Shown here: positions 40,101 through 49,247 of the stretch, in pieces | How positions within the stretch are numbered: the first letter of the stretch is position 1 | How the letters are laid out: every line of letters starts with the position of its first letter | DNA from: Octopus sinensis | Lineage: Eukaryota | NCBI RefSeq assembly: GCF_006345805.1 | Contig: NC_043007.1 | Span: 52,390,001 to 52,454,000, forward strand | Length of the DNA stretch: 64,000 nt | Direction of reading: 5' to 3' | Made by a program: the position numbers and the translations under genes | The notes under the pieces: generated by a model | Told to the model about the DNA's origin: nothing | The model's database searches: none | Seen by the model: only the letters and a program-made list of their open reading frames with translations

Positions 40101-40250
40101 AGTGGTTGGCGTTAGGAAGGGCATCCAGCTGTAGTAACTCTGCCAGATCAGACTGGAGCCTGGTGCAGCCCCAGGCTTCCCAGAACCCGGTCGAACCGTC
40201 CAACCCGTGCTAGCACAGAAAACGGACGTTAAATGATGATGATGATGATG
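37145..40250 (+). mobile_element. 5'-truncated RTE-clade LINE with long repeat-containing 3' UTR and (GAT)n tail
   Basis: APE end (GHGIGTRNDEG, QIDFIL), long RT ORF, tail ending GGACGTTAAATGATGATGAT. Confidence 0.9.
37854..39740 (+). CDS. Reverse transcriptase ORF remnant (628 aa) of RTE-clade LINE with PHD-type finger
   Basis: AFVDLEKAFDRVPR, GVHQGSALSP, LLYADDL, C4HC3 finger, MLHGSETW, GRGRPRKTW. Confidence 0.85.
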   Translation: MPMSSVVRTKVFRIARQCVRENSDVTGEKCVRMDDGALAFNVGEKKEAWRSHYERLLNVENEWEEESLPNVDPVEGPAIQIDSSLVVKAIKGMKPGKAPSPSGITAEMLKTAGYVGYGLVTRIVNQVVHNGVIPNDWHSSTIVNCYKGKGDALDRNNYRSIKLLDQVMKVTERVITHLIRERICLDEMQFGFVPGRSTTDAIFLVRQLQEKYLAKDKPLYIAFVDLEKAFDRVPRSLIWWSMRKLEIDEWLIRAVQALYREAVNKVRIGNEYSEEFQVEVGVHQGSALSPFLFNIVLQAITEEFKRGCPWELLYADDLALIAESLPELEKKFQVWKQGLESKGLRINVAKTKVSRKTNSAHTPSGRWPCSICRKGVGRNSIRCTQCKLWTHKRCSNIKGKLTDKIAFMCGRCTGTIDTTVTQKTDSITLQGEKLDSFCYLGDQVSSGGGCSESVTTRIRIAWAKFRKLLPLLATKGLSLRVKGRLYDACVRTAMLHGSETWAVTAEDMRRLERNEASMIRWMCNVSVHARQSVSTLREMLDIISIRCGVQERRLQWYGHVLRMDEERCVKKCHSQTVEGIKGRGRPRKTWDEVVKHDPRALDLRAKDRNLWRYAVTTKTWVASCTSSA

Positions 40251-40630
40251 ATATATATTTATATATATATTATAAAATGAGATAGGGGTTGAAAATTCAA
40301 CCCACCATGGGATAATATATATCCAATATACTGCCAGATAGGTACCCAACAAGATTAATACATAGATGTTAAAAATTGTCAAACAATCAGTTCATCTATT
40401 GTATTATATGGGTAAAGGTAATAATATTACCGTAAATTAATACTACAAAATTAGAGAATGGAGAAACATACTTAAATCAATAAAACATCAACTATCCGAT
40501 GATACCCAATCAATACTTTAATACACCATTACATATGAGTAAAGGCATTATATAAAATGAGATATACAGTAATAGTAAAAAGATAAAGAGATATAAGTAA
40601 AAAATTTTCAAATATAATATGCAATTAAAT

Positions 40631-40748
40631 CAAAACTGACAGCTGTTTCGGCAGTGAGGGCAGTCATACCTCATTTAACCTCTAAGCCATAAAGGCAGGT
40701 ATAAATGAGGCATTAACAAGGATGCCCCACGGCCTCTTCAGAGAATTA
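40631..40748 (-). ncRNA. Hammerhead-like motif with long stem II in probable pseudo-LTR remnant
   Basis: Minus strand CTGAAGA-GGC(C)GTG-GGGCA...TGCCC-(T)CAC(T)GCC-GAAA-CAGCTG-TC; palindromic ACAGCTGT; stem I only 2 bp. Confidence 0.6.
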
Positions 40749-41108
40749 AATTAAATTTGTTATAATTGTGAAAAATATAATATAACCATATACATATAAA
40801 TATAAAAATATAAAAATGTAAAATATAAAAAATATAAAAACTTATACATCATAATGCTACACTTATATAATATAATACTTATTGGTACAATAAAGGAAGG
40901 TAAACAGAACAAAATAAAACAAAATATATATCAGTGTATATACTAATATTAATAAGTACCGATATTATACATATTTGGCTAATAGTTTTTTTTTTAAAAA
41001 ACTAACACATAGGGAGATGAAAAATAATAATTAAAACCATGGTTCAGTTCATAAAATTCTAAAGCTATGAAAGTTAATAAAAATTACTATTAATATTAAT
41101 AATAATAA

Positions 41109-41139
<31 letters not shown>

Positions 41140-41181
41140 AGATACAGTTAAGTTAGCACCAAGTCCATCCTTTCAAGATCG

Positions 41182-41221
<40 letters not shown>

Positions 41222-41435
41222 TATATATATAGATCAGACAACAGACTCAGTAGTTGTCAGTTTGTATTCTATCATTTGTAAGACTACAGACTCAGTAGTT
41301 GTCAGTTTATATTCTGTCATTTGTAACTTCAACACAAGAAAGTCTCTTTTTCAAGTATGGATTTTATGAAATTTTACTCATCATACATTGAAGGACAAAT
41401 CTTTCAATTTACAATTTGACATAGTGGAGCATTTA

Positions 41436-41482
<47 letters not shown>

Positions 41483-41623
41483 TAAGGTTGTTCCAAAAGT
41501 TCGTAGAAAGTCTTGGAAAAAAATGGTCTTTATTTTGAGGAATAATTTTTGTTGTTTTTGTTAGTACTTGGCGAGTAAAAATTCAATTTTCGTAAGTGTT
41601 TACAAACTTTTGGGACAACCTAA
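41483..41623. mobile_element. Tc1/mariner-type MITE
   Basis: TIRs AGGTTGTTCCAAAAGTT / AACTTTTGGGACAACCT. Confidence 0.75.
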
Positions 41624-41654
41624 TATAATAATAAGGGTTTTTTGCAACAAGTTG

Positions 41655-42273
41655 TTCTTTTTTTCTTTTTTCTTTTTTCTTTTCCTTTCTTTTCTTTTTT
41701 CTACTCTTCTTTTTCCTTTTCTTTTCTTTGCTCCACAAAATTCCTTCAGCCTTTAGAAATCATAACATAGCAGTTTTGTGAAGAGAACAGTAATGTGGCA
41801 AATACCTTATAATATAGCATGAAATTATACCCACCTCATTGTGGAATAACCATGGATAAATTCATCGTCTGTGAGTATTAAATACCTCCTCATATCTATG
41901 GAAATTTACACCTACACTATGGATGGATTAAACTTCTCTGTGAAACTACTGGAAATTTACACCTACACTATGGATGGATTAAACTTCTCTGTGAAACTAA
42001 TAAGCTTTTTTAAAACCTGTGATAAGACTGTGCATCATCATTAAAGAACTTTGGAAGTCTGTTTACAACCTGAATCTGCTTTTAATGAAATTATCTCCAA
42101 TACTTCATGAGTGTAGCCTCACCCACTAAGATGTTTAGAGAACTCATATGTATTTTAGCTGATGAGTACGGGACACTTTTATCAGCTGCAATATTTGCAA
42201 CTTTTAATAAAGCCTGTCTTTGTATGAAACAATTGTACTAAAAACTAATCCATTCTTGTTGCTTCTTTTCTCG
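41655..42273 (+). mobile_element. PLE pseudo-LTR-like element copy A with hammerhead
   Basis: Inverted relative at 44110-44790; internal ~49-bp tandem duplication near 41902-42000. Confidence 0.7.
42153..42243 (+). ncRNA. Type I hammerhead ribozyme motif
   Basis: TTTTAG-CTGATGA-GTAC...GTAT-GAAA-CAATTG-TA(42237)-CTAAAA; all three stems pair. Confidence 0.85.
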
Positions 42274-42294
42274 TGTATGTATATATATATATAT

Positions 42295-43010
42295 AGTGGT
42301 ATAAATATCAACACAATTATTTCTTCTTTTTATTTTGTTTTTTCTTCCTCTTCTTCTTTCTTCCCTTCTCCAAACTCACAAACACCCACACACACATCCA
42401 CAAAACAATAATAAAAAGAATTCTTCTTTTCTAAACCCCAAAACCATTTGACCATCCCTCATTAAACACACACACACACACACTCTCTCACAATGATAAA
42501 AGGGAAATATAATTTATGGTCTACCTCCCTGCCACCATACACTCAATAACACTATGAAATGGTCAAAACTGAAATTCTTTTACTCCAAGATCTTAGAACC
42601 CCCTTGGAGTAAGCATCCTGTCCAGCAGAGCCAAAAAATGTTTTCCCCTTCTTCCCTTCTTTTTCTTTCTTCCCTTCTTTTCCTTCCAAATACAAAATCA
42701 CACACACACTTATACTCTCTCTCTCACTTTCTCCTCATCCATCACCCTCTTGTACTGTCTTATATTCCTCCCCACCACTACAAACTCAATAACACTATAA
42801 AATGGTCAAAACTTTTCACACAGGAACTTAGTTCAATTTGAAAACCCCACTAGAATGGGAGAAAGCACTAATACATGATGTAAGTTATATGATGTATAAA
42901 AACATGCAATATACAAATAAATATCTTAAATATAAAACCATCTGAATTTCTGAGTACCTCATTTCTTCTAACATATAATATATATGTATGTATGTATGTA
43001 TATGTATATA
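42295..43010 (+). mobile_element. Non-coding repeat element, same family as 55262-56452
   Basis: Shared blocks GTATAAATATCAACACAATTATTTC, CTCAATAACACTATAAAATGGTCAAA, CCATCTGAATTTCTGAGTACCTCATTTC. Confidence 0.7.
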
Positions 43011-43236
43011 TATATATATATAGCAATAATAATTCTCTAAACGAGATATAGACAGTAACTGCTCCATAACAAAAGGGACATTAGCCATTTGAATGTGGCT
43101 AGGGACAGGACAGGACGGTGGGGTGTTACTGATGCATTTAGCCCCAGGCGATCATCAACGTCACCAGATAGGCTGACACCATCACGGTGTCCTCTATCCT
43201 GCAAAGGGAGATCATTCCCCGAAGAAGCGGATGCCA

Positions 43237-43281
43237 CATACGGACCCAGGTTTCGAGGTGTTTGCTTCTCGTCAACGTATG
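43237..43281 (-). ncRNA. Minimal type I hammerhead, copy 1 (one stem II mismatch)
   Basis: CATACG-TTGACGA-GAAG-CAAACA-CCTC-GAAA-CCTGG-GTC-CGTATG. Confidence 0.7.
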
Positions 43282-43593
43282 GTAGGCACCGCCCCTTGAC
43301 GAACGAATCTCTGTGCAGGATATTTATATATAGATTTTCACGTAAATACATTTACTGATTTCGGAAATCTGTCCGACAGCAATAATAATTCTCTAAACGA
43401 GATATAGACAGTAACTGCTCCATAACAAAAGGGACATTAGCCATTTGAATGTGGCTAGGGACAGGGCAGGGCGGTGGGGGTGTTACTGATGCATTTAGCT
43501 CCAGGCGATCATCAACGTCACCAGATAGGCTGACACCATCACGGTGTCCTCTATCCTGCAAAGGGAGATCATTCCCCGAAGAAACGGATGCCA

Positions 43594-43638
43594 CATACGG
43601 ACCCAGGTTTCGAGGTGTTTGCCTCTCGTCAACGTATG
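43594..43638 (-). ncRNA. Minimal type I hammerhead, copy 2 (all stems intact)
   Basis: CATACG-TTGACGA-GAGG-CAAACA-CCTC-GAAA-CCTGG-GTC-CGTATG. Confidence 0.8.
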
Positions 43639-43859
43639 GTAGGCACCGCCCCTCGACGAACGACTCTCTGTGCAGGATGTCTCTAGCCACATTCAAATGG
43701 CTAATGTCCCTTTTGTTATGGAGCAGTTACTGTCTATATCTCGTTTAGAGAATTATTATTGCTGTCGAACAGATTTTCGAAATCAGTAAATGTATTTACG
43801 TGAAAATCTATATATAAATATCCTGCACAGAGAGTCGTTCGTCGAGGGGCGGTGCCTAC

Positions 43860-43904
43860 CATACGTTGACGAGAGGCAAACACCTCGAAACCTGGGTCCG
43901 CATG
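43860..43904 (+). ncRNA. Minimal type I hammerhead, copy 3 (one stem I mismatch)
   Basis: CATACG-TTGACGA-GAGG-CAAACA-CCTC-GAAA-CCTGG-GTC(43898)-CGCATG. Confidence 0.75.
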
Positions 43905-44072
43905 TGGCATCCGCTTCTTCGGGGAATGATCTCCCTTTGCAGGATAGAGGACACCGTGATGGTGTCAGCCTATCTGGTGACGTTGATGATCGCCTGGGGC
44001 TAAATGCATCAGTAACACCCCCACCGCCCTGCCCTGTCCCTAGCCACATTCAAATGGCTAATGTCCCTTTTG

Positions 44073-44109
<37 letters not shown>

Positions 44110-44113
<4 letters not shown>

Positions 44114-44790
44114 CAATTAAGATTCAAGTCAGTTCTAATGAATTCACTTGAATGCGGTACTTAACTTAGATGCACCAGAAAACTATATGGTATTAACCAT
44201 ACAATAATGTGGGGTGATTATAAACGAGAAAAAAGCAACAAGAATGGATTAGTTTTTTAGTACAGTTGTTTCATACAAAGACAGGCTTTATTAAAAGCTG
44301 CAAATATTGCAGCAAATACAAGTGTCCCGTACTCATCAGCTCAAACACATATGAGTTCTCCAAACATCTTAGTGGGTGAGGCTACACTCATGAAGTATCG
44401 GAGATAATTTTATAAAAAGCAAATTCAGGTTGTAAGCGGACTTCCAAAGTTCTTTAATGATGATGCACAGTCTTATCACAGGTTTTAAAAAAGCTTATTA
44501 GCTTCACAGAGTAGATAAATCAATCCATAATGTAGGTGCAAATTTCCAGAGATATGAGGAGATATTTCATACTCACAGACGATGAATCTATCCATGATTA
44601 ATCCACAATGAGGTGGGTATAATTTCATGCTATATGATAAGATACTTGTCACACTACTGTTCCCTTCACAAAACTGCTATGTTAGAATATCTAAAAGCTG
44701 AAGGAATTTTGTGGAGCAAAGAAAAGAAAAGAAAAGAAAAAAAGAAAAGAAAAAAAGAAAAGAAAAAAAGAAAAAGAAGAGGAGGAAAAA
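44110..44790 (-). mobile_element. PLE pseudo-LTR-like element copy B with hammerhead at 44255-44345
   Basis: Reverse complement similar to 41655-42273; minus CTGATGA at 44339-44333 and GAAACAACTGTA at 44272-44261. Confidence 0.7.
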
Positions 44791-45099
44791 AAAACGTCCA
44801 CATAGAGTATACTGGGATAACTGAGAGGGAAGGGGTCGCAGGTATCCCCCTACACAGAAAAGTCTCTCTCTGTGGAGACGGGCAGACTGGCTTAGAATTT
44901 GAAGGAATCTAAGAATTATAAAGGAGAACATTATTTTTGACCAGTATACAGCTACTAATTGCCAATCCGACGGAGCTAAAGCAGATATGAGAATTTAAAG
45001 AGAACAGGGGAAGGGATAGAGGGGTCAAAAGCTATCATTAGAGGGAAATACATTAAGAGAAATAAGTGCAGTTATCTATTTAAAAAAATATATTAAAGT

Positions 45100-46393
45100 T
45101 TTGCTTTACTAGTAAGAACAAGATAGATCTATCTCCTTACGATTATTCTATACGGTTATTTATTTAAAATATTTCTAACTATTTCCCAATTAAGGTTATA
45201 TTTAATATTATTATTTTTGAGTTCCCAGATCTTGAAAGTGTGGTGGTACCAGCTTTATGACGTAACTTAACAGATGAGATATGATTGCTAATTCTTTTCT
45301 TAAAATTTACAGTACAACCAATATAAAAAAATTTGTTATTCTCAGTAGTTATGGTACATTTATAGATTACGTTACTTGCCCCGCATAGACCAGGTGCCGG
45401 GCATTTTGACCTAATTCTACAATTACACGTAGGGGGGTCATCTTCAGATGTTGGATTATTTATGGATAGATGTCTCATGTTCTTGCTATTCTGATTATCA
45501 TGAGTATATTTATCGTTATTATTATTATTATTATAGTTAATGCTGTTATCTAAAGCAGTGTTATCATTTATCGATCCTTTTACGCTATCCTTTAGATCTA
45601 AAGTCCTACCATGATTACTTACATTATTGGTATTGTTATTATTATTGCTAGTATTTGTATCCAAATTTATATTGTTGTTATAGATATCAATGATGTTTTC
45701 ATTCCCTGTATTTTCTCTATTAGCCTTACTCCTATTATTAACATTATTACTCCTATTAATATTAATATTATTATTAGTTATTCCGTGGTTACTGATTCTA
45801 CCTATGTTTTGATAGTTACTATTGTTGCGTTTATTGCTTTTATTTTTGATAGTATTATTACAATTGTTATTGGTATTCATGTTGGTATTACTTTTATCTT
45901 TCCTGGCTAGCTTAATGTTATTATTATTAATCTTAGCTATTAAAGTGGACATATTAGGGAGGGTTGAATAAGAAATCCTAACTACTTTTTTAGAAATAAT
46001 TCTATGATATCTATGAGAGGCTGGGAAATTTTTTTCTAGAATTACTTTGAATTTGCTTTGTATATCCGATAGAATCGCACAGTTGAAAGGAATATTCAGC
46101 CAGGTTATATCTTTCTTATTAAATTTCCTTGAATTAGAATTAGGGTTAGTTGAATTATTACTAATCTCACCAGAGTAATTGTATTTATTACTATTATTTG
46201 TATGCTTCTTTGATTTATCTAATTTGATTTTATCCGAGTTACCTATGCTTTGGTTTATGCTTTTATTTGTATGATTAGGCTTGTACGCTAGATTTGCAGT
46301 TACCGTAAATTTATTTCTACATATAGATAGACAGTTTGTGTCATTCATTTCATGGGCTCCTCGTGAGCGTTTGTCGAAAAGCTTGTTGTGCAT
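45100..46393 (-). mobile_element. 5'-truncated PLE with long Asn-rich linker and GIY-YIG domain (ORF 45179-46393)
   Basis: WLNIPFN, ISYSTLPNM, CNCRIRSKCPAPGLC...NVIYKC...FFYIGCTVNFKKRISNH. Confidence 0.9.
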
Positions 46394-46418
46394 TTTGCTG
46401 GAGAATTAAGTTCCTGGA

Positions 46419-46505
46419 TTTTCCTGAAGAGAAGGCTGCAAAATGGACTCCTTATTCAATCCGAATTAGGAGGGACTTTGCAGCCTTCAAAACATATGTA
46501 GAAAA
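46419..46505 (+). ncRNA. Hammerhead motif with GAAA mutated to AAAA, in an inverted pseudo-LTR at the PLE 5' junction
   Basis: TTTTC-CTGAAGA-GAAGGCTGCAAA...TTTGCAGCCTTC-AAAA-CATATG-TA-GAAAA; related to 2244-2349. Confidence 0.7.
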
Positions 46506-46585
46506 TAATAAAAAGGAACTTTGTTAAATCTTCGTTCAGCTCCATTTCTTCCTACACTTTATATATATATATAACACTTTATATA

Positions 46586-46657
<72 letters not shown>

Positions 46658-46752
46658 ATATATGTGTGTGTGTGTATGTGTGTGTGTGTGTATATGTATA
46701 TATATATATGTATTTATATATGCACACATATACATATATAAATATATATATA

Positions 46753-47980
46753 TACTAGCTTAAGGTGACCGGCTCTACGCACGGGTGAGGTTGTGGTTGT
46801 GACTTTCTGTTTCTTATCGTCACATTCTCCCTCTTTGTTTCTCTATCCTTTCTCATTTTCCCATTCTCTTACTCTTCCTTTCAGACTTTCCCTCGCTTTC
46901 TCTTACTCTTTATCTATCTCTCTGCCATTTATAAAAAAATTAGATTTCTGCATTTAAATTACAAAAACGCTTCCACTTTACCATGTTGAAAATTTGATTG
47001 AAATCGGGCAAAAGGTGTCCGATCTAGACCACCAAGTGTCCCCCAAAATCAATAAAATCCCAGTTTTCAGACCAAAGCAACCAGTGTGGCACTACAAAAC
47101 GTCTCCCAATCAATTTTTCCCCTCAAGTTACCCCCTCCTGTAAATTTGATTCCCCTTCCAGCCCCATTTAGACCCCTTTTTACATAAAAATCCAATTTGT
47201 ATCAACGTTCGCCTTCTTCATTTTATAGATAGGATTAGATGCCAATCATGCCAATCTGGAGGGGCTTAGAGCCCCCTTGAATCTTCTCACCATAGCAACC
47301 GCATCTTTCCATCTACTCAACTCTGCCTCATCAGGCCTTCTATGCCTGTGTCAATTTTCAGCTTGATCTGACCACTGATGTGGCCGCCAACCTCTGACGT
47401 AGCAAAACATGCACACAATTTTGACCCAAAGCATCTTTTATATATATAGATAGCAGAGAAACCCGGACTTGCTTGGGATTAAAATAGTTTATCATTGTTT
47501 TATTTGTTTCGGTATTATAACTCGATTTCATTTGGGTCTACGCAGGCCACACTTTAAAGATGAGGAATTTTGCTCTAGAGGCCACACCTTTCAATTGAGC
47601 AAACTTGCCATGCAAACTCGCCATGACTTTTAACATAGGTGAGCAAATTTTCAACTGAATCCTACCATATTTACTAACACTTTTGCCTGTATAACTGCTT
47701 GTGAGATAACGTCTGCCCTTTTCACAAATATGTAGTAGACCTACAGAGATACCCGACCTTACTTGGGATTAAAATGGCATAGATTTTCATTGTTTTACTT
47801 GTTTGGTTAATATAAGCCGATTTCATTCAGGTGTAATCGGGTCACATTTTAAAAGATGAGGAATTTTGTCCTAGAGGTTACACCTTACATTTGAAGAAAA
47901 AAATAGTTGCCATGCAAACTCGCCAGCACTTTTAACATAGGTGTGCATATTTTCAGCTCAACTGACCACAAAATGCACAC

Positions 47981-47990
<10 letters not shown>
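46753..47990 (-). mobile_element. Cluster of non-autonomous Helitron-like elements, including two ~295-bp tandem units
   Basis: Terminus-like motifs at ~46755 (ACTAG...ACCGG), ~47450 and ~47740 (TAG...ACCCG...TTGGGATT); 47450-47740 resembles 47740-47990. Confidence 0.55.
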
Positions 47991-48053
<63 letters not shown>

Positions 48054-48142
48054 GCATTAAATATATATATATATGTACATATATACGCATTATATATATG
48101 TGTGTGTGTGTGCATGCATTATATATACAAATGTATACAAAT

Positions 48143-48186
<44 letters not shown>

Positions 48187-48207
48187 ATATATATGTATGT
48201 ATATATA

Positions 48208-48247
<40 letters not shown>

Positions 48248-48350
48248 TATATATAATATATATAAATACAGATATATACACTTTGTATATATACATTATA
48301 TATACATATTTATATATAGATACAGACAGACACACACACACACACATATA
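47980..48350. repeat. Compound (TA)n microsatellite
   Basis: Direct inspection. Confidence 0.95.
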
Positions 48351-48869
48351 TAAAAATTAACCCAATAAATATCTGATTCATAATATTTGTTCTCACGACT
48401 GGTGGTGGGTGGTGGTGGCGAGAAGAAAACTCTCTATGAATGCAGACAGACGTACAGAGAGAGAGAGAGAGGGGGTATGTGGTGAGGGAAAGAGTGACAG
48501 CGCTGGTGAAGGTGGTGGGGGGAAAGATTGTAGTAGCTGTCAAACGTCGTTATAGAGAGAAAGTGAAGGGAAGGGAGGAAACAGAGAGAGACGGAGGAAG
48601 ACAGACAGATAATAGAATGAGAGAAGACTTGTCAAAGTGTGCGTTTTTTGCCCTAGTAACCACATCTTTTAAGATAGGGATTTCTAACCTAACCCACTCA
48701 CATCCTCACCTCATTTTACATGTCCCTGTAAATTTTTGAGTCAAACCCACGGGATCTAGTGCCCTTTAACCCGTTCCAATACCAAAACCAGACAAGCAAA
48801 CAAACTTTCTCATTTCAGATTTATAGATATTGATTACATATATACATATACATACACACACACACACAC

Positions 48870-49190
48870 ATGTATAAAGTTACAACATGGTCTGGTTTTC
48901 ACGCTTTTTGTTATTGAATTAAAAATTTTTTTTTGCAATGCTGAAGAGTGTTAAACATTAAAAAAGTATTTAGTAATCTCTTTTACTCTTTTACTTGTTT
49001 CAGTCATGTGACTGTAGCCATGCTGGAGCACTGCCTTTAGTCGAGCAAATCGACCCCAGGACTTATTCTTTGTAAGCCAAGTACTTATTCTATCGGTCTC
49101 TTTTGCTGAACCACTAAGTTACGGGTACGTAAACACAACAGCATCAGTTGTCAAGCGATGTTGGGGTGACAAACACTGACACACAAACAT

Positions 49191-49247
<57 letters not shown>

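Larger units (their letters stand above)
43022..44075. mobile_element. Retrozyme-like / PLE pseudo-LTR array of 357-bp hammerhead-containing units (about 1.8 units on minus, 1.1 units on plus)
   Basis: Direct repeat period 357 bp (43243 vs 43600); inversion junction at 43679-43683; (TA)n on both flanks. Confidence 0.85.

Noticed and set aside
41230-41330. ~45-bp tandem duplication
   Set aside because: Ordinary local slippage duplication with no further structure
43022-44075. CRISPR array or prokaryotic repeat system
   Set aside because: Long identical units with no unique spacers, no cas genes, eukaryotic context
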